A stretch of 63,774 nt of DNA, the filler included, from Basidiobolus ranarum (lineage: Eukaryota), in assembly GCA_040143965.1 (NCBI GenBank). It is 21 parts of 21 records of this genome, joined end to end, with 100 filler letters (N's around TTAATTAATTAA, not from the genome) between each part and the next. Parts side by side here need not be neighbours in the genome. Positions count along the whole stretch, not along the records: positions 1 to 2,952 come from JASJQH010002835.1; positions 3,053 to 6,004 come from JASJQH010002836.1; positions 6,105 to 9,055 come from JASJQH010002837.1; positions 9,156 to 12,105 come from JASJQH010002838.1; 17 more parts are not named here. One strand, 5' to 3'. Position 1 is the first letter of the stretch. Each line of letters opens with the position of its first letter. The notes beneath the pieces were generated by a model that had not been told where the DNA came from, did not search any database, and worked only from the letters and a program-made list of their open reading frames with translations. Position numbers and translations under genes: made by a program. Below, in pieces: positions 1 through 11,397 of this stretch.

Positions 1-66
1 TTCTAGCAATTTTCCTTAACTACTATATTCCTTTCCTTTATGGTTCCGGGAGAAAATGCTGAATTA

Positions 67-561
67 TCATCTCTTACCTACTCTGGAAGCTTTATTCTTT
101 TTCTTCTTCTTCTTTGGGGTGGAAGTTTCCCCAAGTTCAAGTTCCTCAAGAAACGCCACTTTATGGGTTGACCGTATAACACCTCGTTTTTCGAAAAGAC
201 TTCTCTTGGAAGGAGATAACGTTTCTAGGATAGCCGATAGGTTTTTCCTGGAAACTGATTTCTTGGGAGTGATTTCGCGATTTGGTTCTACACCTGTCGA
301 ATTTTTCTTTTTAGCTGAAACACCTAATATTAAAAGGGTGAGTGAGCCAAAAGTGCTAAACATGGACAGAACTTCTTCTTCTTCTCTCCTTCCTCTCCCT
401 ACAAAAGTGAGAGTCTGGTCTAGTCTCCACCGACTATAGATAAAACATACCTTCATGTCGAGACAAATCCTCTCTATGTTCGAACATGAATCATAAAACA
501 AGCGGAGGGTTTTATATTCGCGTGTGACTGGAGTTAATAGAAAAGAACTGGTATCGCTCAA
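67..561 (-). CDS. Possible exon(s) of an unidentified Lys-rich protein
   Basis: Open frame with TP/SP motifs and a PKKKKKK run (NLS-like). A GTAAGA donor-like site lies near the stop. No recognisable domain. Confidence 0.25.
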   Translation of the reverse strand: MSDTSSFLLTPVTREYKTLRLFYDSCSNIERICLDMKVCFIYSRWRLDQTLTFVGRGRREEEEVLSMFSTFGSLTLLILGVSAKKKNSTGVEPNREITPKKSVSRKNLSAILETLSPSKRSLFEKRGVIRSTHKVAFLEELELGETSTPKKKKKKNKASRVGKR

Positions 562-2072
562 GTGAGCACTTTCTTCACAATATTACCACGATATGATATC
601 AATAGAAGGCTAGGTTCGCAAGCTAGAGTAAATCTACTTTCGAATGAATAATATATTAAACTAAAATGAATGATGAATATGAAAATCGGGGTGACAAGAC
701 TAGATGTAAAATATCCTAATTGGAAATAAAAAGAGACAATGGTTAATAAATATTGGTTTCAAGAATGTTGACTGAATCTCACTTGATGATTGGAAAAAAA
801 CATCCCCCCCCCCCGATTATTTACCTTTTAGTGTTTCTTTTCTATTGGGGGAGGATGAAAATTTTTAGTGATGCTTATGGATTACGAGGATTCGCATGGA
901 ACAAAGTAGTGCTGGTATCTATGGTGACAATTATTTGGTAGGTGACCTGGACCAAAAAAAGCGGGTCAATTTTCATGTCAATGTGATGACAATACTAATA
1001 TACTTGGAACATCGTAGAGGGTTTTACTACCAAGAATATACAACCTTGATGGATGCTGAGTTTTATTGACTATAGCGGGGATTCCGCTATTTGTTGAACT
1101 AAATATCCTCATTTAGCGATACAGTTGTCGAGGCAAGAGAGTGTCGGTAAAGAAAATCGTTGTAGTCTACGGTATAACTTCTAAACGATACTTTAAAATG
1201 GGCCATCGCTATCATATACCAATATACATTAATCTTGGTTTTTCTCGCTTGTCTCACACGAGAAAAATATTTCATTTGTAAACCTGTCAAATTCAAACAA
1301 GCAAATGCTTGCATATTCCATCAACAACTCAATATATCCAAATTATTTTGTCATTTACTTGACAATAACCACCCAAAGATAATCTCCATATCTGCAAATA
1401 CTTTGTAGCTTGTGTGATATGTAAGTCCTACTCTTAGATAGTAGGGTACCTTCTTAGAACTACATAACTATGCCCAGTTTAAACTGTAAATTTGGGCCTT
1501 CCCCAGATAGAATCATATCACTAGATACACTCAATAAATTCTACTTGTGTAAATGCTATATTTTTGATAAACAATGAAATTCATAAGCCTGAGTATTCAT
1601 GTACTCAAGAATCGTATTTGAAGGATATATTTGGGGAATATTGAAAAAAGATGATATTTTCATTCTTGTTCAATCCTTCCTCCCCAAGCCTTCTCTGCAG
1701 CTTTATGAAAATACCCAAAAAAATCTCTGGCATAATTCAATTACTGTATTCAATTTTGAAAGTAATGTAGATCCTCAAATCTAATGCTCATTAGTACATA
1801 ATACTATCCACATATTATTCTAACCCACTTGGACACTTGCCTTCCATTCCAACACCGCTTCTCTTGATATTCACATAGTACTGTTGTTTAAAAACATTAG
1901 AATCATATGAGTCCATTAAGAAATGGGTCATATTTGATCCTAGTACCAGTGTAATATTTGATGAGAATATATCATTGCCAGGCTGTGAAAAAAATGATGA
2001 TTATTTACTCTTGGTATGCGCAAGTAGCTGGTAAACAATTCTCAAATATCTCAAGCTATTATTCACCAGATG

Positions 2073-2368
2073 TGTTGAAATTAGCATAGCCTGAACATCT
2101 ATATAGTTATATATAGCTTAGTATTTGGTTATTCCATATTGAACTAAGATATCACGAACTATTCGAAATCCAAATTTACTTAGTTCTCAGATATATAGAT
2201 TTTTCAATGAAACCCCAAATTTTGCACACATGTTCCTTGGACCTTCCTTAACACATTCTACACGCTTTTGTCTACATCTTGACAAAACTATGAATGGTAA
2301 CTTGCTACTCAATAAATCAATAAGTGAAAACCATCGATTCTTCTAGTTCCACAAACTACTTCCAACAA
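2073..2368 (+). mobile_element. Degenerate copia LTR-1 copy (solo)
   Basis: Starts TGTTGAAATTAGCA and follows the LTR-1 sequence (GCTTAGTA, GCACACATGTTCC, GACAAAACTAT, CTTCCAACA) seen at 33731 and 45743. Confidence 0.85.
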
Positions 2369-2379
2369 GATGAACAAGT

Positions 2380-2952
2380 AACGTGCCTACCAAATCAAGC
2401 CGAGGACTCTGGGGCCTTGGCTCAATAAAAATATGGAGTAGGCCAGTTGAAACTAATTCAGCTTGAGGGCACCAAATGGTGCCTAGCAGAGTCATGTATG
2501 TGTTAAATCACCTAAATTAATATCTCATCGGCCAGGCTCAACAGCATGGAACAAATCGGAATTTGTACCAACACATGTAGCAGATACTCTAAGTAATGGA
2601 ATATGTAGCATAGGCAATTCGTATGCGCAGAAGGTTATCACTACAAGAAGATCAGGTTTATGGAGCAGTTTGGAAACAGCAAGTTGGTGAGAAGAATTTG
2701 CATAGTTAGAAAACTGAGTACACATTCATTTAAAGAGGCTAGGGCACACAAAACATGGGGTTACACTTGAAGCATTGATGTTGATAAAACAACAATCCAG
2801 AAACTAGAATGGTATATAAATGATGGTGCTCAGTGACAGAGTTGAAAAGCAACTTTAGGTCAATGTATTATGGATGGCCATATTATATAGTGAGAGCAGA
2901 TAGCCTCGAAATATCTAAAGTTTTGATACAATAATTGGGTCAAGGGTCCCTT
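2380..2952 (+). mobile_element. Possible decayed Ty3/gypsy RNase H-integrase remnant
   Basis: Broken frames read ISHRPG ... HVADTLS, resembling the gypsy RNase H end motif. GTAGCAGATACTCTAAG recurs near 42378. Confidence 0.35.
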
Positions 2953-3052
2953 NNNNNNNNNNNNNNNNNNNNNNNNNNNNNNNNNNNNNNNNNNNNTTAA
3001 TTAATTAANNNNNNNNNNNNNNNNNNNNNNNNNNNNNNNNNNNNNNNNNNNN
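2953..3052. other. Artificial contig-joining spacer (N44-TTAATTAATTAA-N44); first of 20 identical spacers
   Basis: Identical 100-nt spacers start at 2953, 6005, 9056, 12106, 15155, 18202, 21247, 24291, 27335, 30377, 33418, 36458, 39498, 42537, 45575, 48612, 51647, 54681, 57714 and 60745. TTAATTAATTAA gives stops in all six frames. Intervening contig lengths never increase (2952 down to 2930). Confidence 0.99.
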
Positions 3053-3476
3053 TATCAGTACATGCTATTCATCAGTCATTTATCCGCCATTTATCCGCCA
3101 TTTATCAGTACATACCATGAATAATATCTGGCGTTATCTATCCACCATGTATCTATCCACCATATCAGCACTGATCAAAGGCCGTTTCATTATTTCTTTT
3201 ATCAGGATCTGGAGTTGGATCTAGATACCGGAATTATCTAATGAACACTTCAAACGCTCTCCTATTCGAGGATCATTTGGTGGATCATTTCGATTCAGAA
3301 TTGAAACATTGACCAACTATTCTCACTCAGAATTATATAAACCCTACCTGTTCCTAGGGAATGGCCAATTCTGCATTTCGTCAGAACCCTTCCTAACATC
3401 TTTGGTTCCCCTCTAACCTTGCTTCTTTGATTATCCATACCCATCTAATCATCTCTAAGCTGTATACAATCTCAAG

Positions 3477-4614
3477 ATGTCCCAACGTCGCCAATATATC
3501 AAATCAACCACACTTACTAAGAGCCGAATTCGCTCTAAAGAAGCGCTGATGATGTCCGAGTATTCTAATATAATGGCAGGGTTGGATTCTCTAACCGCTA
3601 ATTTGAAGCAAAACAGCAGTGGTTCAAGGAAGCACACGAAAAGTATTCTATTACCAAATAAACATCGCGCTAAGCACTCGGCAGTTAGACATGTGGTTAG
3701 TGAATTGGTAACTGCCTCTCTCACTTCTAAAATTTCTAATCAACCAGGTCCCCCTAAATCTCAAACTTACCAAACCCCTTCTGATAACGCTCAACTGGAT
3801 TTTTCTACATTAAGTTCACCTTACGACATGAGCCCGGTTAAGAAAGACCCGCTTGGTTCTACTTTTGATGCTTTTGATAATATTCCGCTGTCAACATTTT
3901 CATATCACGAAATCCCTTTCGAAGATGAGGATTTGCTACCAAATTATTCTCATCAGCTTCCCAGCTCTCCACCTCCATCCTACCCAAGTAGTGAATATCC
4001 TTTTCAAAGACCTACATCCACCCCCTCTATCTCCGCAGTACCACACTGGAAAATACTCGCGCAGGCAAGGGAGTCGATGAGTACTAAATTTCCTCCTACT
4101 CAGGTGCTATTCACGAAATATGTACATGAGTTGCTGAAAAATCGCCAAGATTCAAATGGAAGTAAGATCAAACAATCATCGAACGCCAGATGGCTTATCA
4201 AGGACCCACATGGTATTTGCTGGCCTTTAAAGGGAGAAAAACGGAATCGAAAATACCAATTTGAGCATTATTTGCCACCAAGATTATCCGGCGCTCGTGA
4301 GACCAGATCGAATAAAAACCATTTGAGAATTATGGCATTAGAGGCCAACATGTTGAAAGGCAAGTCATATCATCATTTGGTGAAACCCATGTTCATCTTA
4401 ATAACCGCATCTTTTCCTTATAGCCCAAAAGATCAGCCCTCCTTTACGGTCACGGTTTGCTCTACCGAAACGTGATGGTGTATTCAAAGTGAACACTCCA
4501 AGTGGTTTACAGCATTCGATCTCTTTGGAAGACCTTGTATGGGAGTCTTACTTGGAAGAGTTAGATATGATCAGCTCCTCTAAACCCAGCGACTCAGAAG
4601 CATCAACCCCATAA
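3477..4614 (+). CDS. Uncharacterised fungal protein with a Ser/Pro-rich disordered N-terminus and a C-terminal RETRSN..HLR..LE.NM...KI..PLR.R..LPKR motif; 2 exons (3477-4359, 4424-4614)
   Basis: Long ORF with an upstream TATAAA near 3335. Removing a 64-nt GC-AG intron (4360-4423) gives MLKAQKISPPLRSRFALPKRDG..., ending at TAA 4612-4614. Confidence 0.7.
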
Positions 4615-5896
4615 TTCCTAAAAGTAGTTAAGCCTCACCTTCATTAATTCCTTTCTAATCCTCACCTTGTACAAACATCTCCCCCGTCTACGATGTCTTT
4701 AATTCGTCGCCTTCTCCATGTAAATGTTTAATTGTTTATGTAAACTTCTCTTGTGTTGTTGTTGATACCTTATAAACTTCCCTTTTGAGATACAGTTTTC
4801 GAATGGCGCTATTTGCGTCATCCTTTCACTTCCATAAAGATGGTTTAGGACGGGCATAGATCCAGAAGCAGCAGAGGATTCCAAATATGGACGGAAGCAA
4901 TTGATACTACGATCAAATTGGAAATTAGTATATTCCAGATTGTGTATTCCGGAACAATCCCCAATATATTCCAGTGATGGATGGGGTAAATAGGAGAATA
5001 TTATGATTGGAGTATTTTCTATTATTCGCCACCAAGAATGCTGTCTGTTGGTCGTTATTGTCTGTGTGTGCAGTCAAGTTATCGCGCTAACCTTAACCCT
5101 TACCAAATCGTTACAAATATCATATTATTGGTTTCCACTAGGGTTGGTCTTTCTCTACCAATTATTGTTGCTGCATTGAATATGTGAAGCTAATTTACGT
5201 ATTACATTGACAATGTTCTCACCTATATTTCATGTTCAATTATTGGTTGTTAACTAATGATGTAAGAATAACTTGTTTGGTCGGACCTTAAATCACCTTA
5301 GATTGCTTGGCGGTTATGGTTCTTACCTGGTTCTTACCTGGTTCTTACCGTAACCCTGTCACTTATTGATGGACTACTTTTTGCACTCACTGTCCTCATT
5401 AGATCTCTCACGCTTTATCAGTGGAGTGCTATCCTACCGGTAATTCGGTGATTCGATCAATAGAATATGCCATATGCCAGTAATTACCAGGATTATATAA
5501 TCAATTCCAATGACCACGGTGGTACTATAAGCCGTTTGTTCGGATTCAAACTCCTCAGTATAGCAAAAGAGCCAACTTAGAAATCAAGATCAATATCATT
5601 CTAACAGATATGGCTTAGATGTGCAAAGGCACGGGCAAAATTTATGGTTGTAGAGTTATTGCGACCCTCAGATCAAAATGGCATAAATTTGATTCTCGAA
5701 AGGACTCAAAGCTCATATTATCACATTGCTAATATTGTTATGAGTAGCTGAGAAGAATTGAAAATGTTTAGGAGAATTAATAGAAGTATGTGATTTGTAC
5801 TTGTTGCTCTATTGAACAGAAAAAATGATACATATATATATGTAGGAAATGAGAAGTAGTAGCCAGATGGTGCTCCTAGGGTGATCAGGAAGTAAC

Positions 5897-6004
5897 TGTT
5901 GAAATTAGCATTGCCTAAACACCTATATAGTCATATATAGCTTAGTACTTAGTTATCTTATAACTCACTAAGATATTATCAATTATTCTCAATCGGAATT
6001 TACT
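5897..6004 (+). mobile_element. Copia LTR-1 5' part, cut by contig end
   Basis: TGTTGAAATTAGCATTGCCTAAACACCTATATAGTCATATATAGCTTAGTACTTAG matches the other LTR-1 copies. Confidence 0.9.
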
Positions 6005-6234
6005 NNNNNNNNNNNNNNNNNNNNNNNNNNNNNNNNNNNNNNNNNNNNTTAATTAATTAANNNNNNNNNNNNNNNNNNNNNNNNNNNNNNNNNNNNNNNN
6101 NNNNATAAGGTAATCTGGATGAACTAACACACGATTGCCATGAAGGGATGGCGCAGCAGATATGATGTCATAATCAAATAATAGAAGAGTTCTGTTTGCA
6201 GTGGATCAGTATGCTGAGATCAGAATCATGACAG

Positions 6235-6530
6235 GCTTCTTGATGGCATTCTTATGGTATTCATGCATATTAAATATTGATCCTCATATTTTGCATGCAT
6301 TATTCAATTTGCTGAAAATTTTGCAAAAATATAATTCTTGAATGGCAAATTACTGGGTTTACTGCTATAGGAATTTGAATTTAGATGCATGCCTTTATTT
6401 AGATACTCTTGGCTTTGTATTCTAGCCATAATGAGAATCAAAAAATACAAGAATCTTGTTGTGTTTAGTCTCTATATATGCATATACTTGACTGATCAGA
6501 TAAACTCAACAATATCAATATGGTTTACCT
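6235..6530. repeat. Unclassified interspersed repeat family C, copy 1
   Basis: Clearly alignable to about 17440-17735 (e.g. GCAAATTACTGGGTTTAC, ATGCATGCCTTTATTTAGATA, GCCATAATGAGAATCAAAAA, TCTTGTTGTGTTTAGTCTCTATATATGCA). Confidence 0.8.
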
Positions 6531-6549
6531 GCGACCTAATGGTGGAAAA

Positions 6550-9055
6550 ATTCTCTGTAAATTTTAATTGAGATTAATGGATAATATCTTGGTGAATTAT
6601 AAGATAACTAAGTACTAAGCTCTATATAACTATATAGGTGTTTAGGCAAAGGCTCAGGAACATATGTGCAAAGTTTGAGGCTTCTAGCGCCAGCTTAAAA
6701 AATCTATATGTCTGAGAACTTCTTAGTTAGTAAAAAATGTTCACGGTAAATTCTGATTGACAACAATGGATAATATCTTAGTGAAATATATGATAATAAA
6801 GAACTAAGCTATATATGACTAAATAGGTGCTTAGGAAAGGCTAATTTCAACACTTTCCCTCAGCTAAATAGTCATATAAACTAATCCTAAGCAAGGTCTG
6901 AATTTCTCAAATTTCTGTCTAGCTAATGGTTTAGTTAATATATCAGCAATCATGTCTTCTGTAGAACAATCAGTTAAGTCAATTAGCTTATTTTTATAGT
7001 CTCTCTAATGCAGTGATATCTAATATGTGTATGTTTGCTTCTATTATGAGATGTGATATTTTTAACTAATTTGATACAACTTTGATTAGCTTGAAATATT
7101 GTAGTTGTTGATTTTTTGAGAATAACCTAAATCTGTTAAGAGTTTTCTTAACCATATTGCTTCTTTTGTTGCTTCACAGGTGGCCATTTGTTCTGCTTCT
7201 GTTGATGAATGTGCTATGGTAGGTTAACTCTTTGAATTCCCAGAAATAGCTCCATTATAGCAAAAAAATCAGTGTCTGATGAAGTTTATTGTCTTTATCA
7301 TATTTGTTATCTCTATCTTTATACACCTAACTGTTTCATATATCACATATAAGTTAGTCAACATTACTTAGTCAAACATCACTTAACTGAAAATTGGAAC
7401 ATATAATACATATATACATGATTAATGTGAGAAATAGCAACTCCATATTGGAAATTTCAAACTTGTCTAAATTGCCCCAAATATAGCCCATTTTACTACC
7501 ACAGATGTTCTGAACACAACCCCAGTGTTAGTTTTCTCTATTTCCACCAAAATGTATAAATGCTTTATTTCTGGATAATAAGCAATTATCTCACAAAGCT
7601 ATTCACAACTCCACTTTTCTAAAGTTCCTCCAAACAGCCCATATTTTCCCAATAGTGTCTGGTTATAGATCTCCTGTCTTCAATGTCTCTTCACCAATTT
7701 ACATATTAATATCCCATCAGATCAAGGTTTGATCCAGAATATGTGTATTTTAAGTATAGATCTACAGTACCTTTGAAATATCTGAAAATCTGATTCACTG
7801 CTATGATTTGATCAGATCAATAACTTTTATGATATTGGCCCATAACTTCTACAGAATATACAATATCTGGCTCTTTTCAGCCTTGATATACATCAAAATA
7901 CCAACCACAGATGGATATGGAAACTTCTGGCTTTCATTTTAATCCAAGAACATTGGATTTGAGCCATTTTTTGTTGGGGTGAAATTTGCCTCCATTGGTG
8001 TAAATAACAGATTACATTCTTCTGTTCTAAACTTCTCTAGTATATCTAGGATACACTTAGACTGGTTTAAAGTTATTGTTTTGATAGATCTATGTATCTT
8101 AATTTGGCTTCCAAGATAGGTTGTCAGTTATTCAAGATTGGTCATTTTGAATTTGGCAGATAAGCTGGATTTGGTTTTCTCCAAAGTATTGTGTCCAAGA
8201 GAAAAGTGGATAAAAAGTCTTTAACTTTACTGAACCAAAGAAACAGTTAAGTGCAGAATCTTGGAACTGTTTAAGCAGGATATATCAGCAGAGCAGATCA
8301 AACTAATATATGTCTTGGGAATAGCAGTGGATTATTATATTATGGTAGAGAGTAGGTTTGCTTGGCAGCTAGGCTTGGAGTTCTCCAGGTGCTACTGGAT
8401 ACTAGGCTTGAATAGAAATGAGAGGGGAATATTGAATTAGTTAAGGCACACTGAGAAGCATTGAGATCCTATATTTGTTGAGACACACACTAAGCCAAAA
8501 GGTTCAGTTAGCTTTATTTATACATTTTGATAGCAAAGTGAATTAGTCAGCACCAAGATATTAGATGACTAATTCCAATAAAAGAAAATATGATTCAATA
8601 GATCTATAGATAGATAAGATAGTCATGCATCAGCTGAAGTCTTGGCAGTGAAAGATCATTGGTTATGAATCTTGTGACTCATATTGGCTTGTGTCTAGGC
8701 AGATGACTCAGAGGTTAATACTGATTGGATAAGGATCATATGCTTAGTCATATGATCTGATAGAAGGGATAAGCAAGTAGATATTTAGTCAGGTGATAGG
8801 TCCAAGCTCTTGGAGATTGTTTTAAGCCATAGAGTGTTTTCCAGAGTCTCCAAATTTTTTTAGGGTTTTTGGGGTCTGCAAATTCATCTGGATGATCCAT
8901 ATAGATCTCCTCAGCAAGCTCACCATTCAAAAAAGCAGTTTTAACATCCATATGATGTATAATAAACTGATATTTAGCTGAAATTGCTAAAGTCAATCTA
9001 ATTGAATTAAACTTTGCTACAGTCATAAAATTCTCTGTATAATCTATTCCTGGTA
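6550..9055 (-). mobile_element. Decayed Ty1/copia element, 3' half (RT, RNase H, PPT, 3' LTR-1)
   Basis: RT motifs MDVKTAFLNG and LYGLKQSPRAW (8748-9055). RNase H motifs SSTEAE and EDMIADILTKPL (about 6880-7270). Purine tract TGAGGGAAAG (6853-6862) lies directly before the LTR start TGTTGAAATTAG at 6852. Many stops and frameshifts. Confidence 0.9.
7277..7654 (+). mobile_element. Solo copia LTR-2 with 5-bp target-site duplication GTGTC
   Basis: TGATGAAGTTTATTGTC...TTTTCCCAATA is flanked by GTGTC at 7272-7276 and 7655-7659. Homologous to 14669-15047 and 23438-23815. Confidence 0.92.
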
Positions 9056-9155
9056 NNNNNNNNNNNNNNNNNNNNNNNNNNNNNNNNNNNNNNNNNNNNT
9101 TAATTAATTAANNNNNNNNNNNNNNNNNNNNNNNNNNNNNNNNNNNNNNNNNNNN

Positions 9156-9255
9156 TTCTGGTTATTATATGCTTGCTATCATAGCAGTTTTAACTAGTGT
9201 TATTAGTGCTGCTTACTATTTAAGAGTTATTAAAGTTATCTCATTTGATTCCCCT
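9156..9255 (+). pseudogene. nad2: Mitochondrial nad2-like fragment (probable NUMT)
   Basis: The frame from 9157 reads [33 protein letters not shown], matching the late transmembrane S.IS..YYLR.IK motif of ND2/NuoN. Codons are strongly A/T-ending, as in mitochondria. Confidence 0.75.
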
Positions 9256-9263
9256 CCCCTAAG

Positions 9264-9449
9264 GGTCCATTAAATCCTGAGGAGGTAAGAAATCAAGAAG
9301 AGATTCATCTAGAGGATGAAGCGCCGATTCAGCTGGACGAGGATTTTACGATCTCTACTCCGATGAAAATTATAACCTGGGTCGTTGCTATGATCATTGT
9401 TCTTCTGAACATGTTCTTGTTGATACAAGTTGCTCGTGGTCGATTCTAA
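9264..9449 (+). CDS. C-terminal exon of a membrane transporter, NRAMP/Smf-like
   Basis: [61 protein letters not shown]. An acidic loop is followed by a last TM helix with W...LN, as in fungal NRAMPs. Confidence 0.5.
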   Translation, partial: GPLNPEEVRNQEEIHLEDEAPIQLDEDFTISTPMKIITWVVAMIIVLLNMFLLIQVARGRF

Positions 9450-10676
9450 TGGTTTCATACATCCCAGTTTGAAGATATTGAATATCAATAGCATTTACTT
9501 CTCAGTGATGTTATTCCAAAATATTGCGTATTTCCCTCATGTAACGTTACTCCCTCTATTAGATTTTCTTGTTCTATGACTATTTTGCACTCTATTCGTA
9601 TCTCACTCAAGCCTCTTCCTCTCTTAGTAGACATATCTCTCTACCGCCTCACTATCATATGTAATCACTACATTCCTGTCTTCCGTCCATCGTACATAGA
9701 TTTTTCGATCTGTTATTTCTATAGTCTTCTATTGATATCTATCACTTAGTGTATTATGAATAAATAAATGTAACGAAAATATAGGTTCTCAGGAAGCTAT
9801 TTCTAAGCTAACAAAGCTTAAAAGGATAGGTATTCAAACTCAACCATATAGTAGTAATTTTATAAAAGAATGCAATAGAGTTAGAGACCAGCTAATTGTT
9901 CTAAAACCATAAAAGCCCATCTCTCTACGATAGTGACGCTAAATCATGAAAAAGTGAGTTATTTTTATATTTATCAAAAAAAGAATTAGAGGACTGATCA
10001 TTAATTGCTCAAAGATATCAAACCTGAAATAAGGCCTGCAATTTTCTACCTGCATTGCACTTGTAATATAAACCTGTACAACTAGTTGGATCCCATGGAT
10101 CTCTGTATTCTCAAGGTTTAGAAGGTTTTACAGACAATTTCTAGATCACATATATAATGTATAGAATCTACTGAATGTGGGAATGTTTTGCCAATACTTT
10201 ACTCATTGAATAAACAACACTACAAACATTAAACGCATCACACATTCATTCTAGGACATATTATTGGTGTGAATACATCTCTTATGTCGGTTAAAACATG
10301 GCTTCAATTCTCCCTTCATCAGGTCTAAGTCTCAAACAACACAGCCAATTGATATATTGGCGAATCATTTGTTTGGAATCCGTACTTGAAATGACCTCTG
10401 TACAGATAACAACCGAGGATTTCTTTCAAAGATCAATATGTTAGTTCGAATCATATTTAATATTTACCTATACATGATTCAAACACTATAAATCTAAATA
10501 CAACAAGTGTGAGAAATGTAAAAGTGTCAAAGATTCAGGAAATAAATGGTCGAAAGATAAATAAGTGAACAGAGGAGTGTGAAGATGGAGAGGAATCCCT
10601 AGCAAACATGATAAGGCAGCTTAACTCTACTCAGAAATAGTGTATGGGAGCTGAAAATACAAAAATGATAGACTAA

Positions 10677-11397
10677 CTACAGACGAAAGTGTAGTGTAGA
10701 CGATTTGGACTTGCCCTCTTTCGAAGTTTCACGATTAGAACGTGAGAGTTTACGAGGTTGTGGTGACGCCAATTCTGAGGAGCGTTTACCGGTACTAGCA
10801 CTTTTTGTATGAGTACTCTGAGAAATCATTAAAAGAACTATTAGAATTTTTGAAATAAGGAAGTACAACTTGAAATAAAAAAATAATTACCCTGAATAAT
10901 ATGTCTTTTCCTTGTGATGAACTCTTGAGTTTCCCAGTAGCCTTTGGCAATTTGGTGGAGATTTTCGTCTGAATGACCGAATAACAAGTAAAGTCAGTAT
11001 ATGGAGTGGGAAAAATAATTAAAGAGAGAATATGTACCAAGTTTTCTGTGGTATATGAGATGGAAAGTGGTAATGGTGAATGGTACAACTGATCGTGTGC
11101 CTCAGTAATATCAGCCAACGGTGAAGGAGTCAAATTGTTTTCCGACTTGTAACGTGTCGGATTGTTGGGCGTCTTTGAGGTTGAAGCTATATTGACCGAT
11201 TGAGTCATCTCCTTCTTTGCCAATTTGTTAAGATAGACCTTGCGAACAGGATCAAAGTTCTCTTTGTCAGCATTAGGACCAAGTTTGACTTTGCTCGGTT
11301 GCTTAACAGTATATGAATTGTTGATTGGAGCTTCAAACGAGTCTTCGTCAGAAAACACTGTAAAGGAAGAGCGTGTTTTTACTTTGAAAGAGGCCAT
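10677..11397 (-). CDS. Small disordered protein (about 192 aa) with ABBA-like, KEN and D-box-like motifs; 3 exons (11397-11038, 10968-10891, 10817-10677)
   Basis: ATG at 11397. GT-AG introns of 69 and 73 nt keep the frame and join two listed ORFs. Motifs are FTVFSD, DKENFDP, SPLADIT and C-terminal HFRL. Confidence 0.7.

Noticed and set aside
2997-3008. Regularly spaced TTAATTAATTAA repeats as a CRISPR-like or biological periodic element
   Set aside because: Always embedded in N runs of fixed length. This is an artificial six-frame-stop linker.
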